A program made the translations under genes and the position numbers. Under the pieces are notes generated by a model. That model saw only the letters and a program-made list of their open reading frames with translations. It was not told the DNA's origin and made no database searches. This document shows, in pieces, positions 14,301-25,111 of a stretch of 64,000 bases of DNA. The DNA is taken from positions 15,996,001 to 16,060,000 of the forward strand of contig CM120645.1 in assembly GCA_051362555.1 (NCBI GenBank), written 5' to 3'. Source of the DNA: Lingula anatina (lineage: Eukaryota > Animalia > Brachiopoda). Within the stretch, counting starts at the first letter, position 1, and every line of letters begins with the position of its first letter.

Positions 14301-15150
14301 CCAACTAAGAATATTGATGAGATGGGAAAAATATCAATAGAACAGTGTTTAATGTCCAATTTCCTCCATTCTGAGATTCTGAACATAGTGGATGATTGAA
14401 TCAGACAAACTGCAATGATATGAGTTTATTTCCATTTTTGACACTTTATTACACAATACATGATAACAAGTTTACCATCATTTTTACATAATCAATTAAC
14501 AATGTTATGAAAGATGCAGGAAATATCAAACAAACACTTTTACGTATCTTATTAGTTAAATAATGAGACTGTTAACATGCCTAAGAATTGAATCTGAGGA
14601 AATGTGAAAAAACAGCATAACTTCTAAAATAAAGGCCTGATTATGCTGATTTTCGAACTTGACCTGCGTATTATGAATATCCATCAGTTCTGTTAGTTTC
14701 AAGCCAAAAGGTAAAACGGTATTCCACTTATCGTGTTATCGGTGTTGCATATATGCTGAAAAAAGTGAAAAACAGCGTAACTTCTGTAAAAATGACCCGA
14801 TCATGCTGATTTTCGAACTTGACCTGCGGATTATGAATATTCATCAGTTTTGTAAGTTTCAAGCCAAAAAGTAAAATGGTTTTCCACTTATCGTGTTATC
14901 GGTGCTGCATATATGCTGAAAAAAGTGAAAAAACAGCATAACTTCCCTAAAAATGGCCCGATCATGCTGATTTTCGAACTTGACCTGCGTATTATAAATA
15001 TTCATCAGTTCTGTAAGTTTCAAGCCCAAAGCAAAAATGGTTTTTCACTTATCGTGTTATCGGTAAAAGTGCACGACGGCGAAGACGGCAGCGACGACAG
15101 ACGCAGATGATGGCTATGTGTACAGACACATCTGTGTCTGTACATAAAAA
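10412..15150 (+). mobile_element. Large non-autonomous Helentron-type element with internal tandem repeats; contains a nested same-family copy (12700-14191) and a small HINE (10968-11203)
   Basis: One end aaacaaggcagcaaagctgtcaaatgtacagaca, other end (gac/ggc)n + perfect hairpin tgtacagacacatctgtgtctgtaca + A-run; inserted in an A/T run with no TSD (empty sites at about 6361 and 15816). Confidence 0.8.
11248..11301. repeat. (TA)n microsatellite
   Basis: Long TA run; paralogous position is expanded at about 30710-30752 and short at about 25955. Confidence 0.95.
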
Positions 15151-15366
15151 TAAAGCTCTATAAGTAAGCTAGTGTCTTTAGTCTTTGAGCTGATGCCCAA
15201 ATCTTATCTGGCTGCACTTCCATTAAGCAAAGTTTTTATGGTTGATTTTTATATCGCTGATGACAGCAATTAAAAGAAAAATGACTTTCGTAAAGATATA
15301 TTAAAATTTATATCCAAAGAGAACAATACTCTGCTAAAAATCAAGAGTTTTTTTCTTAATTGAATA

Positions 15367-16170
15367 TAGGATAATGTACCTATCTTCTACAATCATAAAC
15401 TAGGATGAGAGACATTGCAATACTAAAGAAAAAACCTGTGGTACTCACTGTTGTTAGATGTCCTGGAAAAGATCACCATATATTTTTTCAAGCTGCACTT
15501 GACAGTTTTTTAACAGAATCTATCACATGAACCTAGACTTGTGGTTGGATTAACCTAACACTGAAGAAATGCTAATACTTGGGTTTCCTTGTAAAGAATT
15601 GGTGCTTGAAGATGGAACTGAGTTATTATTTAAGTGTAAATTTATTTATTTATTTGTTAACTAGTGTATTCGAATTGGTGCTTGAAGATGGAACTGAGTT
15701 ATTATTTAAGTGTAAATTTATTTATTTATTTGTTAACTAGTGTATTAATTTGTTACTTGATGTATCTCTTTGTTATTTTACATATTAAATTAATAAAATA
15801 AAACAGAATTAATAAAAAATAAAGCTCTGTAAGTAAGCTAGTGTCTTTAGTCTATGAGCTGATGCCCAAATCTTATCTGGCTGCACTTCCATTAAGCAAA
15901 GTTTTTATGGTTGATTTTTATATCGCTGATGACAGCAATTAAAAGAAAAATGACTTTCGTAAAGATATATTAAAATTTATATCCAAAGAGAACAATACTC
16001 TGCTAAAAATCAAGAGTTTTTTTCTTAATTGAATAGTTAACCTAAGCTAGGCTACTACTGTACGTCACAGTGGCTACAAAATTAAAGGCTTTTTTCACGT
16101 AACCTCACACATATTACCTTCAAATTATTTTTTAAAAATCCTACATCACTTTTTAATTGCCTTTGCATGC
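15367..16170 (+). repeat. Local tandem re-duplication of the cassette 3'UTR region
   Basis: 15367-15670 matches 5986-6290 and 15672-16170 matches 6218-6716. Confidence 0.8.
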
Positions 16171-19150
16171 TTTTTATGTACAGACACAGATGTGTCTGTA
16201 CATATAGCCATCATCTGCGTCTGTCGTCGCCGTCGTCGCCGTCGTGCACTTTTACCGATAACACGATAAGTGGAAAACCATTTTACCTTTTGACTTGAAA
16301 CTTACAGAACTGATGAATATTCATAATACGCAGGTCAAGTTCGAAAATCAGCATGATCGGGCCACTTTTAGGGAATTTATGCTGTTTTTTCACTTTTTTC
16401 AGCATATACGCAGCACCGATAACACAATAAGTGGAAAACCATTTTACTTTTTGACTTGAAACTTACAGAACTGATGAATATTCATAATACGCAGGTCAAG
16501 TTCGAAAATCAGCATGATTGGGCCACTTTTAGGGAATTTATGCTGTTTTTTCACTTTTTTCAGCATATTTGCAGCACCGATAACACGATAAGTGGAAAAC
16601 CATTTTACCTTTTGACTTGAAACTTACAGAACTGATGAATATTCATAATACGCAGGTCAAGTTCGAAAATCAGCATGATTGGGCTATTTTGAGGGAATTT
16701 ATGCTGTTTTTTCACTATTTTCAATATAAATACAACACTGATAACACAATATAAGAAAAACGGATGGGCCAATTGTAATTATACTCACAGGAGTGGTCAA
16801 TCTTACTAAAACGCAGGTTGAGTTCGAAAATCAGCATAATCGGGCCATTATTTTAGAAGTTATACTGTTTTTCACATTTCCTCAGCTTCAATTATTAGGC
16901 ATGTTAGCAGTCTCATTATTTAACTAATAAGATGCCTAAAAGTGTTTGTTTGATATTTCCTGCATCTTTACAACATTGTTAGTTGATTATGTAAAAAACA
17001 TGGTAAACTTGTTATCATGTATTGTGTAATAAAGTGTCAAAAATGGAAATAAACTCATATCATTGCAGTTTGTCAGATTCAATCATCCACTATGTTCAGA
17101 ATCTCAGAATGGAGGAAATTGGACATTTAACACTGTTCTATTGATACTTTTCCCATCTCATCAATTTTCTTAGTTGGTCATATAAAATGGCAGTAAAATG
17201 TTTATTTTGTTTTATGTTAAAAAAGTGTTTAAAATGGAAATAAACCCATTTCAGAACAGTGCTGTCTTGTTTACATTTTGGCATTTTCAAGGAGTGACTT
17301 TGAAGTTCCATGGGCCTGAAGACCTTTGCTAGTCACATTTTCTGAATATCTGTGAAACAAATATTTTATAATTAAAAATTGATGGTCATTAAGCTGTTAA
17401 ACATTATGTAATATTGCATCAAAATTTGAAGAAACCCCTATTTTGGGCACTGCTTCAATAATGACCATTTAAGGAAAATCATGTCACTTACTGTTCTCAA
17501 ACTTACAGGAAAGAAACATGGGACTAAAATACAGCTTCAGTAGGCAATGCAGTCTGTTTGGTTTATTTATTTATTTATTTATTTTTTTTTGGCAGTTAAC
17601 AGTTTTTTGTGAAAATTTAATTTTTCACATATTGGCATTTTCAAGGTGTGACTTTAAAGTTCCATGATCTTGAAGACTTTTGCTTGTCACATTTTCTGAA
17701 TGTCCATGTTACTAATATTTTATTAATAACATTTGATTGTCATTATGCTGTTAAACATTATGTAATTTTGCATCAAAATTTGAAGAAACCCCTATTTTGG
17801 GCACTGCTCCTATGCTGACCATTTAACCCCATAGAACCCAGTTAATGCTGACCCATAAAGTTCTGCTGTGCCCAATTAATTCTGTGAGCTAGCCTTGAAA
17901 AGCCGGGTCACCTCAGTAAATTGGCCATAATTTGTTAGTTTGCTCTTATTACCCATACAAAGTATACATTTTTAAAAAGCCAATATTTTAAGCTAAATGA
18001 AAATAGAATTATATTTAAATTCAACATGCAGTACCAAGAGTTATGGCCGGTTAAAAAGTACATTTTCATTTGGTAATGGGTGAAATAAAACAAAGTTGAT
18101 TTATCTTATGCACATTAATTTTTTTTATTTCTCCAAACATTTGCCTGAAAATTCACAGAGATGATGTCAATTAAAGTAACTTTCAATCCAGGAAATTTCA
18201 GCAAGTTACCTCCATTAATTTCCAAGTTATGCTCGTTTTGCTATCAGGTATACATGAGCCAGCTTTTCAGCTCACCTGAACTTCGTGGCCAGGGCTGAAT
18301 AGAAGTCAAATTTTAACACCATCTATGACAAAAAACATCTATAAAACTTATATCATAAATAAAGGAATATCATCGTCACTGTCTATATCACTGTCACTCA
18401 AAAACACCTTATCAGTGTCGTAGTTTTCAATCATTTCAATACAAGTATCCATTCGCAGGCCCCTTCCGTAGTGAGAAGTCGCCATTTTGATTTTACTTTC
18501 TCCAGCTAAGTCTAGAAAATCGCCGATTTCTCGCTCATATATATTTCTATCGTCCTTTATATCATAAATAAATGAATATCATCGTCACTGACTATGTCAA
18601 TGTCACACAAAAACTTCTCATAAAAGTCCGGGTTTTTAATCATTTCAATAACAGTATCCCTTCGCAGATCCCTACCGTAGCGAGGAGCCGCCATCTTGAT
18701 TTTACTTTCTCCAACTACGTCTTGAAAATCGCCGTTTTCTCGCTCATACATATTTCTATCGCCTTTAAAAATGGTGGCAATGAGAGACAAGAAACATACC
18801 TGGATGTTAAACTATATATCATTTCATGACTCACGATACAAAAGAGTACAGAAGCCGGTCTTTCCCAGATACGCACATATGCGGTTCTGGGCGTTTGGGG
18901 TAAGCGATAATTGAACCGCACATATGCGGTGACGGGCTTTATGGGGTTAAGGGAAATCATGTCACTTACTGTTCTCAAACTTACAGGAAAGAAACATGGG
19001 TCTAACATACAGCTTCAATAGGCAACGCAGTCTGTTTGGTAAATTTTTCTGGCAATTTAACAGTTTTTTGTGAAAATTTAATTTTTCACTTATTTGCATC
19101 TTTATTTTCTGTTCTTTGTCTGTACATTTGACAGCTTTGCTGCCTTGTTT
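16171..19150 (-). mobile_element. Large Helentron-type element, inverted, internally deleted copy
   Basis: Begins tttttatgtacagacacagatgtgtctgtacata, ends gacagctttgctgccttgttt; empty site gcatgctttttttaagattg at about 6711-6730. Confidence 0.8.
17827..18946. mobile_element. Non-autonomous piggyBac-type element nested in the Helentron-type element
   Basis: TTAA TSD (17823-17826, 18947-18950), CCCCATA...TATGGGG termini, subterminal palindrome cgcacatatgcg twice; empty site ccatttaagggaaatc at about 35761. Confidence 0.85.
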
Positions 19151-19361
19151 AAAGATTGTTTTGGAAGTTGATAGTTAGCCTATTACTACCTGAATAATCA
19201 TAATAGGGTCCATTGCACAGATATTTGGATCAATCTCCCTGGGGAGTCTCACTAAATTGCTATCAACTTGACCAGCTTAAATGTCTGTCACGCCTAGTAA
19301 AGCTGTTAGGGGTAATTATCTTTACCCCATAGCTGATTCAGTAAGTGTGACAGACATTTAA

Positions 19362-19728
19362 AGGTACATACGAACCGAGCAGTGGAATCCCAGTAACACA
19401 TGTAAACCACTTCTACTAGTTTCTTATACTACTCAAATAAATTGGACATGCCAAGGGATAGACTGAACAGATCACTCGATCAGCCATAAAAGAGCTTTAG
19501 ACTGCTCCTTTCTTTAAATTTCTGATCAGAAATTTAACCTACTTTTGTGACCTACTTTTCTTCCCCATTGACATACAGCATAGAATGCTGGCAGAAAAAT
19601 CCGTTTAAACATCATTTTCGGGTAAAATTAAACACTGCCTTTTGGTAATTCTCTTAGTTATACTACTAGAAACTATATGCTTGCATTTGGTCGTTTTTTG
19701 TGACAAAAAATTGGCTTTGTATGCATCT
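19362..19728. mobile_element. Kolobok-type MITE nested in a palindromic MITE
   Basis: TTAA TSD (19358-19361, 19729-19732), AG...CT termini with imperfect TIR aggtacatacgaacc / ggctttgtatgcatct; empty sites at about 6930 and 36178. Confidence 0.75.
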
Positions 19729-21560
19729 TTAAGCCGGTTAGTTTACAGCAATTTAGTGAGACTCCCTAAGGTTGGATCAATCCAGATGGATCCATCTAGG
19801 CATGGGAATCCAGTCTTAGTGAAAAAAAAATACAGCAAATGCTGCACTAAGCTTTGTATAAGTGGGGTACTTTGTAGCTAGAGAATCTGTTCAAGTTTTG
19901 GATAAATTTCAGTTTAATAATGCTCAGAAGTTTAAGCTTCAATCCTGTTGGAAAAATTGTCTTCAATATTTGTAAAAGATAAATGATATCCTAATAATGT
20001 GTCAATCTATGCAGAGCGTACTGTATCACATTGCCACTAAAATAAATAAGCAAATTAACAAATAAATTAATTACGTAAATATGGAGAGAAAAACAAATAA
20101 ATAAAGACAACAGACAAACACACATGCAAAGTCATTTTCTTCTTTCAGCTTCAGAAGTGACCACCATTGGAAGCAATTACTGTCATACATATTAATTCAA
20201 AACTGTTTAAGGTGACATTTATGCATTAAGTGCTCTAAGGCAGTAGTAATCTTCACCTTCTCTACTTTTAGTACAAAATAGTTAAATCTTTTCCAATCTC
20301 ATTAATGTCATGCTGACCCCCCCCCTCCCCCCCTTACTCACTCTTTCATAGTCCAAAATCTCTCAATGTTCAGAAATTGCATTTACAGACAAGGCTACAT
20401 GCAAGTTTGGCTGACACCATGTATCAGGTAGATTGTAAATATTCTTATCAAACCTTGAGAGACACATAATATACTTAATATACACATAGAAAACACAGGA
20501 AATAACTGTTTCAGTTATCTTAGCTGTGACCCTTGTAGAGGTTACTGTTAATGAATGCTTTGATACTTGGTCCAAAGGAACTTCTCTCTCCTTCCCTTCA
20601 AGATCTTCCAAACAATTTATCTATACCCGTATACATATAAAATCTTTTTCAGTTAATGTCAGTGTGTGCCTTCTTCCCTCCTTACACCCCCCCCCCCCCA
20701 CTCCACCTCTATTTAATTACCCCTTTACAGCTTGTAGTAGGCGGGACAAACATTTAAGGCGGATTATCTGACAGTAATCTATTGAGACTCCCCGCGAGGA
20801 TAGATCGATCTAAAAGCTCTGGGAATACAGCCTAAGTTTGATAAATAACACATACAGTTGTAGTGCTTAAGTGTAACAGTAGATGTCGCGGGACATGTAC
20901 TACAAGCAAGGCCATGTGCTTTCATTATAAATTTAGTTATACAAAAGTGACTGCTGTGCAAAAATATTATTCATAAACAATAATTATATCATATTACATT
21001 AAATAACTATATGTTGAAAAAGGACCAAAAAATCAAGGTGCCAATTGTGTCTTTTCTTTTGCAAAAAGATGCCACTCCATCTTTTCTTTTATACAGGTGT
21101 CACTCCATCTGTTGTTATAAAGAAGAAAATGGCGGATGATATGTTTGTAAGTTGATTGACATTAGTAAATGTATTACATTAAATTATCACACATGGCTAA
21201 TATTTATAAATACATGTATAATCAACAGAGTTTGTGGGTTTATTCTAACCAACTGCGGGCAAAAATTTTGATTTAACTTCGGTACTTTTACGTCATCAAC
21301 AAACAGTCAACACTGATACATGTACCGCAATGCAGTGGAGTAACCACTGTAGCATGCTCACACTTGGCTACAGACTGATAGTGGCATACTTTTTTCACAC
21401 TGAAGTGTGTGATCAGTCAATAAATTACTAGTAGTTAAACTCCATCCTGACCTCAGTTACCATAACAGTACACAAATGTTTTGAGTATAAATTGATTTTA
21501 AACAAATAGTGATCTGACCAAAAATAACTGACACACTTCAACTTTTTTTTTTTTTTACAG

Positions 21561-21647
21561 TTTGAGAGTTTGTTGCAGCATAAAGTTCCACAGCAAGAGG
21601 AATCTTTACCGCAGATCAAGTATTGTGGATTTCAAGAAAACAATTTG
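21561..21647 (+). CDS. Cassette exon A copy 3 (partner exon B deleted)
   Basis: Long polyT + acag acceptor, FESLLQHKVPQQEESLPQIKYCGFQENNL, donor gtaaga; sequence jumps at about 21694 to the unit tail. Confidence 0.4.
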
Positions 21648-22095
21648 GTAAGAACTGCTACTTTAAAATAAATACGATACTGTACTAATAAGGTAGATGG
21701 ATCGATCTAGGCATGGGAATCAAGTCTTAGTGAAAAAAAAATACAGCAAATGCTGCACTAAGCTTTGTATAAGTGGGGTACTTTGTAGCAAGAGAATCTG
21801 TTCAAGTTTTGGATAAAATTCAGTTTGATAATGCTCAGAAGTTAAAACTTCAATCCTGTTGGAAAAATTGCCTACAATTTTTGTAAAAGATAAATGATAA
21901 CCTGAGTAATAATGTGTCAATCTATGTACAGCATACTGTACCACATTGCCACTAAATTAAATAAGTAAATTAATAAATAAATTAATTACGTAAATATAGA
22001 AAGAAAAACAGAAATAAATAGAGAACAGGCAGACACACATACAATGTCATTTTGTTCTTTCAGCCTCAGAACAGTGACCACCATTGGAAGCAATT

Positions 22096-23161
22096 ACTTT
22101 AACTATCTTAACTTAATTCTACTAAATTAGTTTTGGTCATTTTAATCATTCGTCAAAATCTAACAATCAATAAACGATTCAAAAGTCAGTCACCGCAACT
22201 CAACAATCAGTCACCGCAACTCAACAATCAGTTATTGCAAATCAACAATCAGTTACTGCAAATCACAAATCAGTCGAGGACTTAACACCAGATGACGCGC
22301 GCACCTTCAGCGATCTGAAACGTTCTTGACCTTTTCCATGTTTTCAATTCCGCATATTATGCAGTACACGAACAATATGTGGTACCTCTATATGAAACAA
22401 GACAACTTTTGTGTTTTTAATCTACAAATACTCAAAACAAAAATAAATAAATCAATTAAGTTTATAAATAGGCCGGGAACAAGAACTTATTATAAAGTAT
22501 ATTTTATATTAACTGTTTTTGAAGATGATCATTAGCCCGCCTCACACAGAACGATTTTTCGTCGGCCGACACACTTACAACAAAATATCGGCCTGTCTGC
22601 GCTGCTCCACGTCAACTTTTCAACTAGTTGGGAGAGAATCAAACATGTTTGATTTTTAAACGTCGTACCGGAGTGTGTGCGCTTTCCTACGACAATTTGT
22701 TGCGCTGATCACTATCTTCAGCCAATGGTTGTGCCATCTGATATCACGTGACTCAGGTCAGAATTCAATTCAATTCAGTATGATGGAAGGCCCTATAATT
22801 TTCTATTAGTATTAGTTATTTTTTTAATTTTCGCGCATGCGCAGTTATTTGAAGCCTGTGCTATGGAAAAGGTCAAGGACGTTCAGATCGCTGAAGGTGC
22901 GCGTGCGCCATCTGGTGTTAAGTCCGCGACAGATTGTTGAATTGCAGTAACTGATTGTTGAGTTGTGGTGACTGATTGTTGAGTTGCGGTAACTGACTTT
23001 TGGATCGTTTTTTGATTGTTAGATTTTGACGAATGATTAAAATGACCGAAACTAATTTAGTTGAATCAAGTTTAGATAGTTAAAGTAGGTTTTGACTGTT
23101 AAATAGTGCCGATAGATTGTTGAATTGACGTGTGCATTTTTTGCGTGAATGGCATTCCATA
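22096..23161. mobile_element. Foldback DNA element with long inverted arms containing 21-bp repeats; left end truncated
   Basis: 22096-22339 is the reverse complement of 22863-23086; repeats aactcaacaatcagtcaccgc; right arm continues to ...gaatggcattccata. Confidence 0.75.
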
Positions 23162-23301
23162 TATATGCTCAGTCACTAAATTGGTAGTAGTTAAACTCAA
23201 TTACCATAAATTACAGTACATAAATGATTTGAGTATAAATGATTCTAAACAGACAGTGTTCTGACCAGAAATAAATGACACACATCAATTGTTTTTTACA
23301 G

Positions 23302-24290
23302 TTTGAAATTTTGCTGCAGCGAACAGTTCCTCCACAAGAGGTACCTTTACCACAAATAAAATATTGTGGTTTTGAAGACAATAATCTGGTAAGAACTGGT
23401 ACTTTAAACTAAATACTAAACTGTACTGATAAGTAAAAGGTACAACTACAAAAAGATAAATATGGGTGTTATACCTTAGAAAAAAATGGGTGTTAAAAAA
23501 AATAATTTTCTAGGATATTTCTGCCATTTTCCCCTCAACACCTGATACCAATCTGCAATTTGTACCCTATTCAAAACCACTGAAATAGATTATATAGTAT
23601 CTATATTTTGCTGTCTGTCCAGGCTTATAACTAGAGGGTTGGGGGGGGGGGGGGCAAGAAACTGTCCTTTTTACTGGGAAAAAGTCCATGTTGGGTAAAA
23701 AATGAAGATTTCACAGTAAGAGGTCTACTTTTTCACAAAAGACCTCTTTCTTTGATATTGATGGCTACTGGCCTAGCTATCTCTAACTGAGTCAGATTAA
23801 AAACTCTCATGTACATGGACAGTTCATATCATAATTTCAGGCCTGCACCTAGCCAGCAATTTCAAAGGAGGGTTTCTTTTTCCAAAAATGTGGACCTTTT
23901 ACCATAAAATCTTCATGTACCTAGATCAAATTTTACCCTGAGTGAACCTTTTCCCTGCTAAAAGGGCAGTTATATCGAACCCCCCGGCCCGTAATTTTGG
24001 AGCAGGCTTTGAATTGGTCAGTAAGGTTGACATTTTAAGAAATAAATTGAATTATTACTGTTTAATATGCATATTGCCTGCCATAAAATACCAGTATAGT
24101 ATCTTCTTGAGATTTAATTTTCATCATACACTTGTTTCATTTGGTTTACCAGGCTGGTGTTGTGAGACTTAGTATGGAAGATAACACTACAGTTACAGTT
24201 CAACCGCAAGTTACGAAGGGAGACCAAACACCTGAAACATCAGAGGGACCAAGAAGAGAAGCAGATTCACTGCTACATTCAAATGACTGA
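23302..24290 (+). CDS. Two-exon 3' cassette copy 4 (exon A 23302-23388, exon B 24153-24290)
   Basis: FEILLQRTVPPQEVPLPQIKYCGFEDNNL with acag / gtaaga; ttaccag then AGVVRLSMEDNTTVTVQPQVTKGDQTPETSEGPRREADSLLHSND* (12 nt shorter than copies 1 and 2, in frame). Confidence 0.5.
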
Positions 24291-25111
24291 GTTGTCTCTC
24301 TCTTTTGACAGTGACACTTTCATCATGAACTTAAATTAATTACAATACAGGTATGTGCAGTGGGAATGTTAGGTGATCTTTGACTGAAACCACAGGAGTC
24401 GGATATTCTCAAATACATGCAGTTTTGACTAAATTTGTGGCATATAGGATAATGTACCTGTCTTCTACAAGCATAAACTAGGATGAGAGACATTGCAATA
24501 TTGAAGAAAAAACCTGTGATACTCACTGTTGTTAGATGTCCTGGAAAAGATCATATATTTTTTCAAGCTGCACTTGACAGTTCTTTTAACAGAAATTCCA
24601 CATGTTCTGTTCAGCTGGATTTATTAATTAGTACAGTACTTATACAAACTGTTTTACCTGATAAAACAATAACAACAAAAGAACTCATGACGACAAAGGA
24701 GCAAAGTCATGCCATGGGCATCAATGTTTAGCCAAACAGTAAAAGAATTTGCCAAAATGTGGCAAACAGTTGAACCCAGCAGGTATTCTACAACAGCAAA
24801 ACAGTTCAAAGTGCTCTTAAAACCATGGCAGACTGGACAGTATGGTGAAAAAAAGAATGGGGTCTACATAGTAGCTTCTAAATCCAAATACATGAACCTA
24901 GACTTGTAGTTGGATCAACCTAACACTGAAGAAATGCTCCTACTTGGGTTTCTTTGTAAAGAATTGGTGCTTGAAGATGGAACTGAGTTATTATTTAAGT
25001 GTTAATTTATTTATTCATTTATCTATTCGTTACCAGGTGTATTAATTTGTTACATGATGTATCTCTTTGTTACTTTACATATTAAATTAATAAAATAAAA
25101 CAGAATTAATA

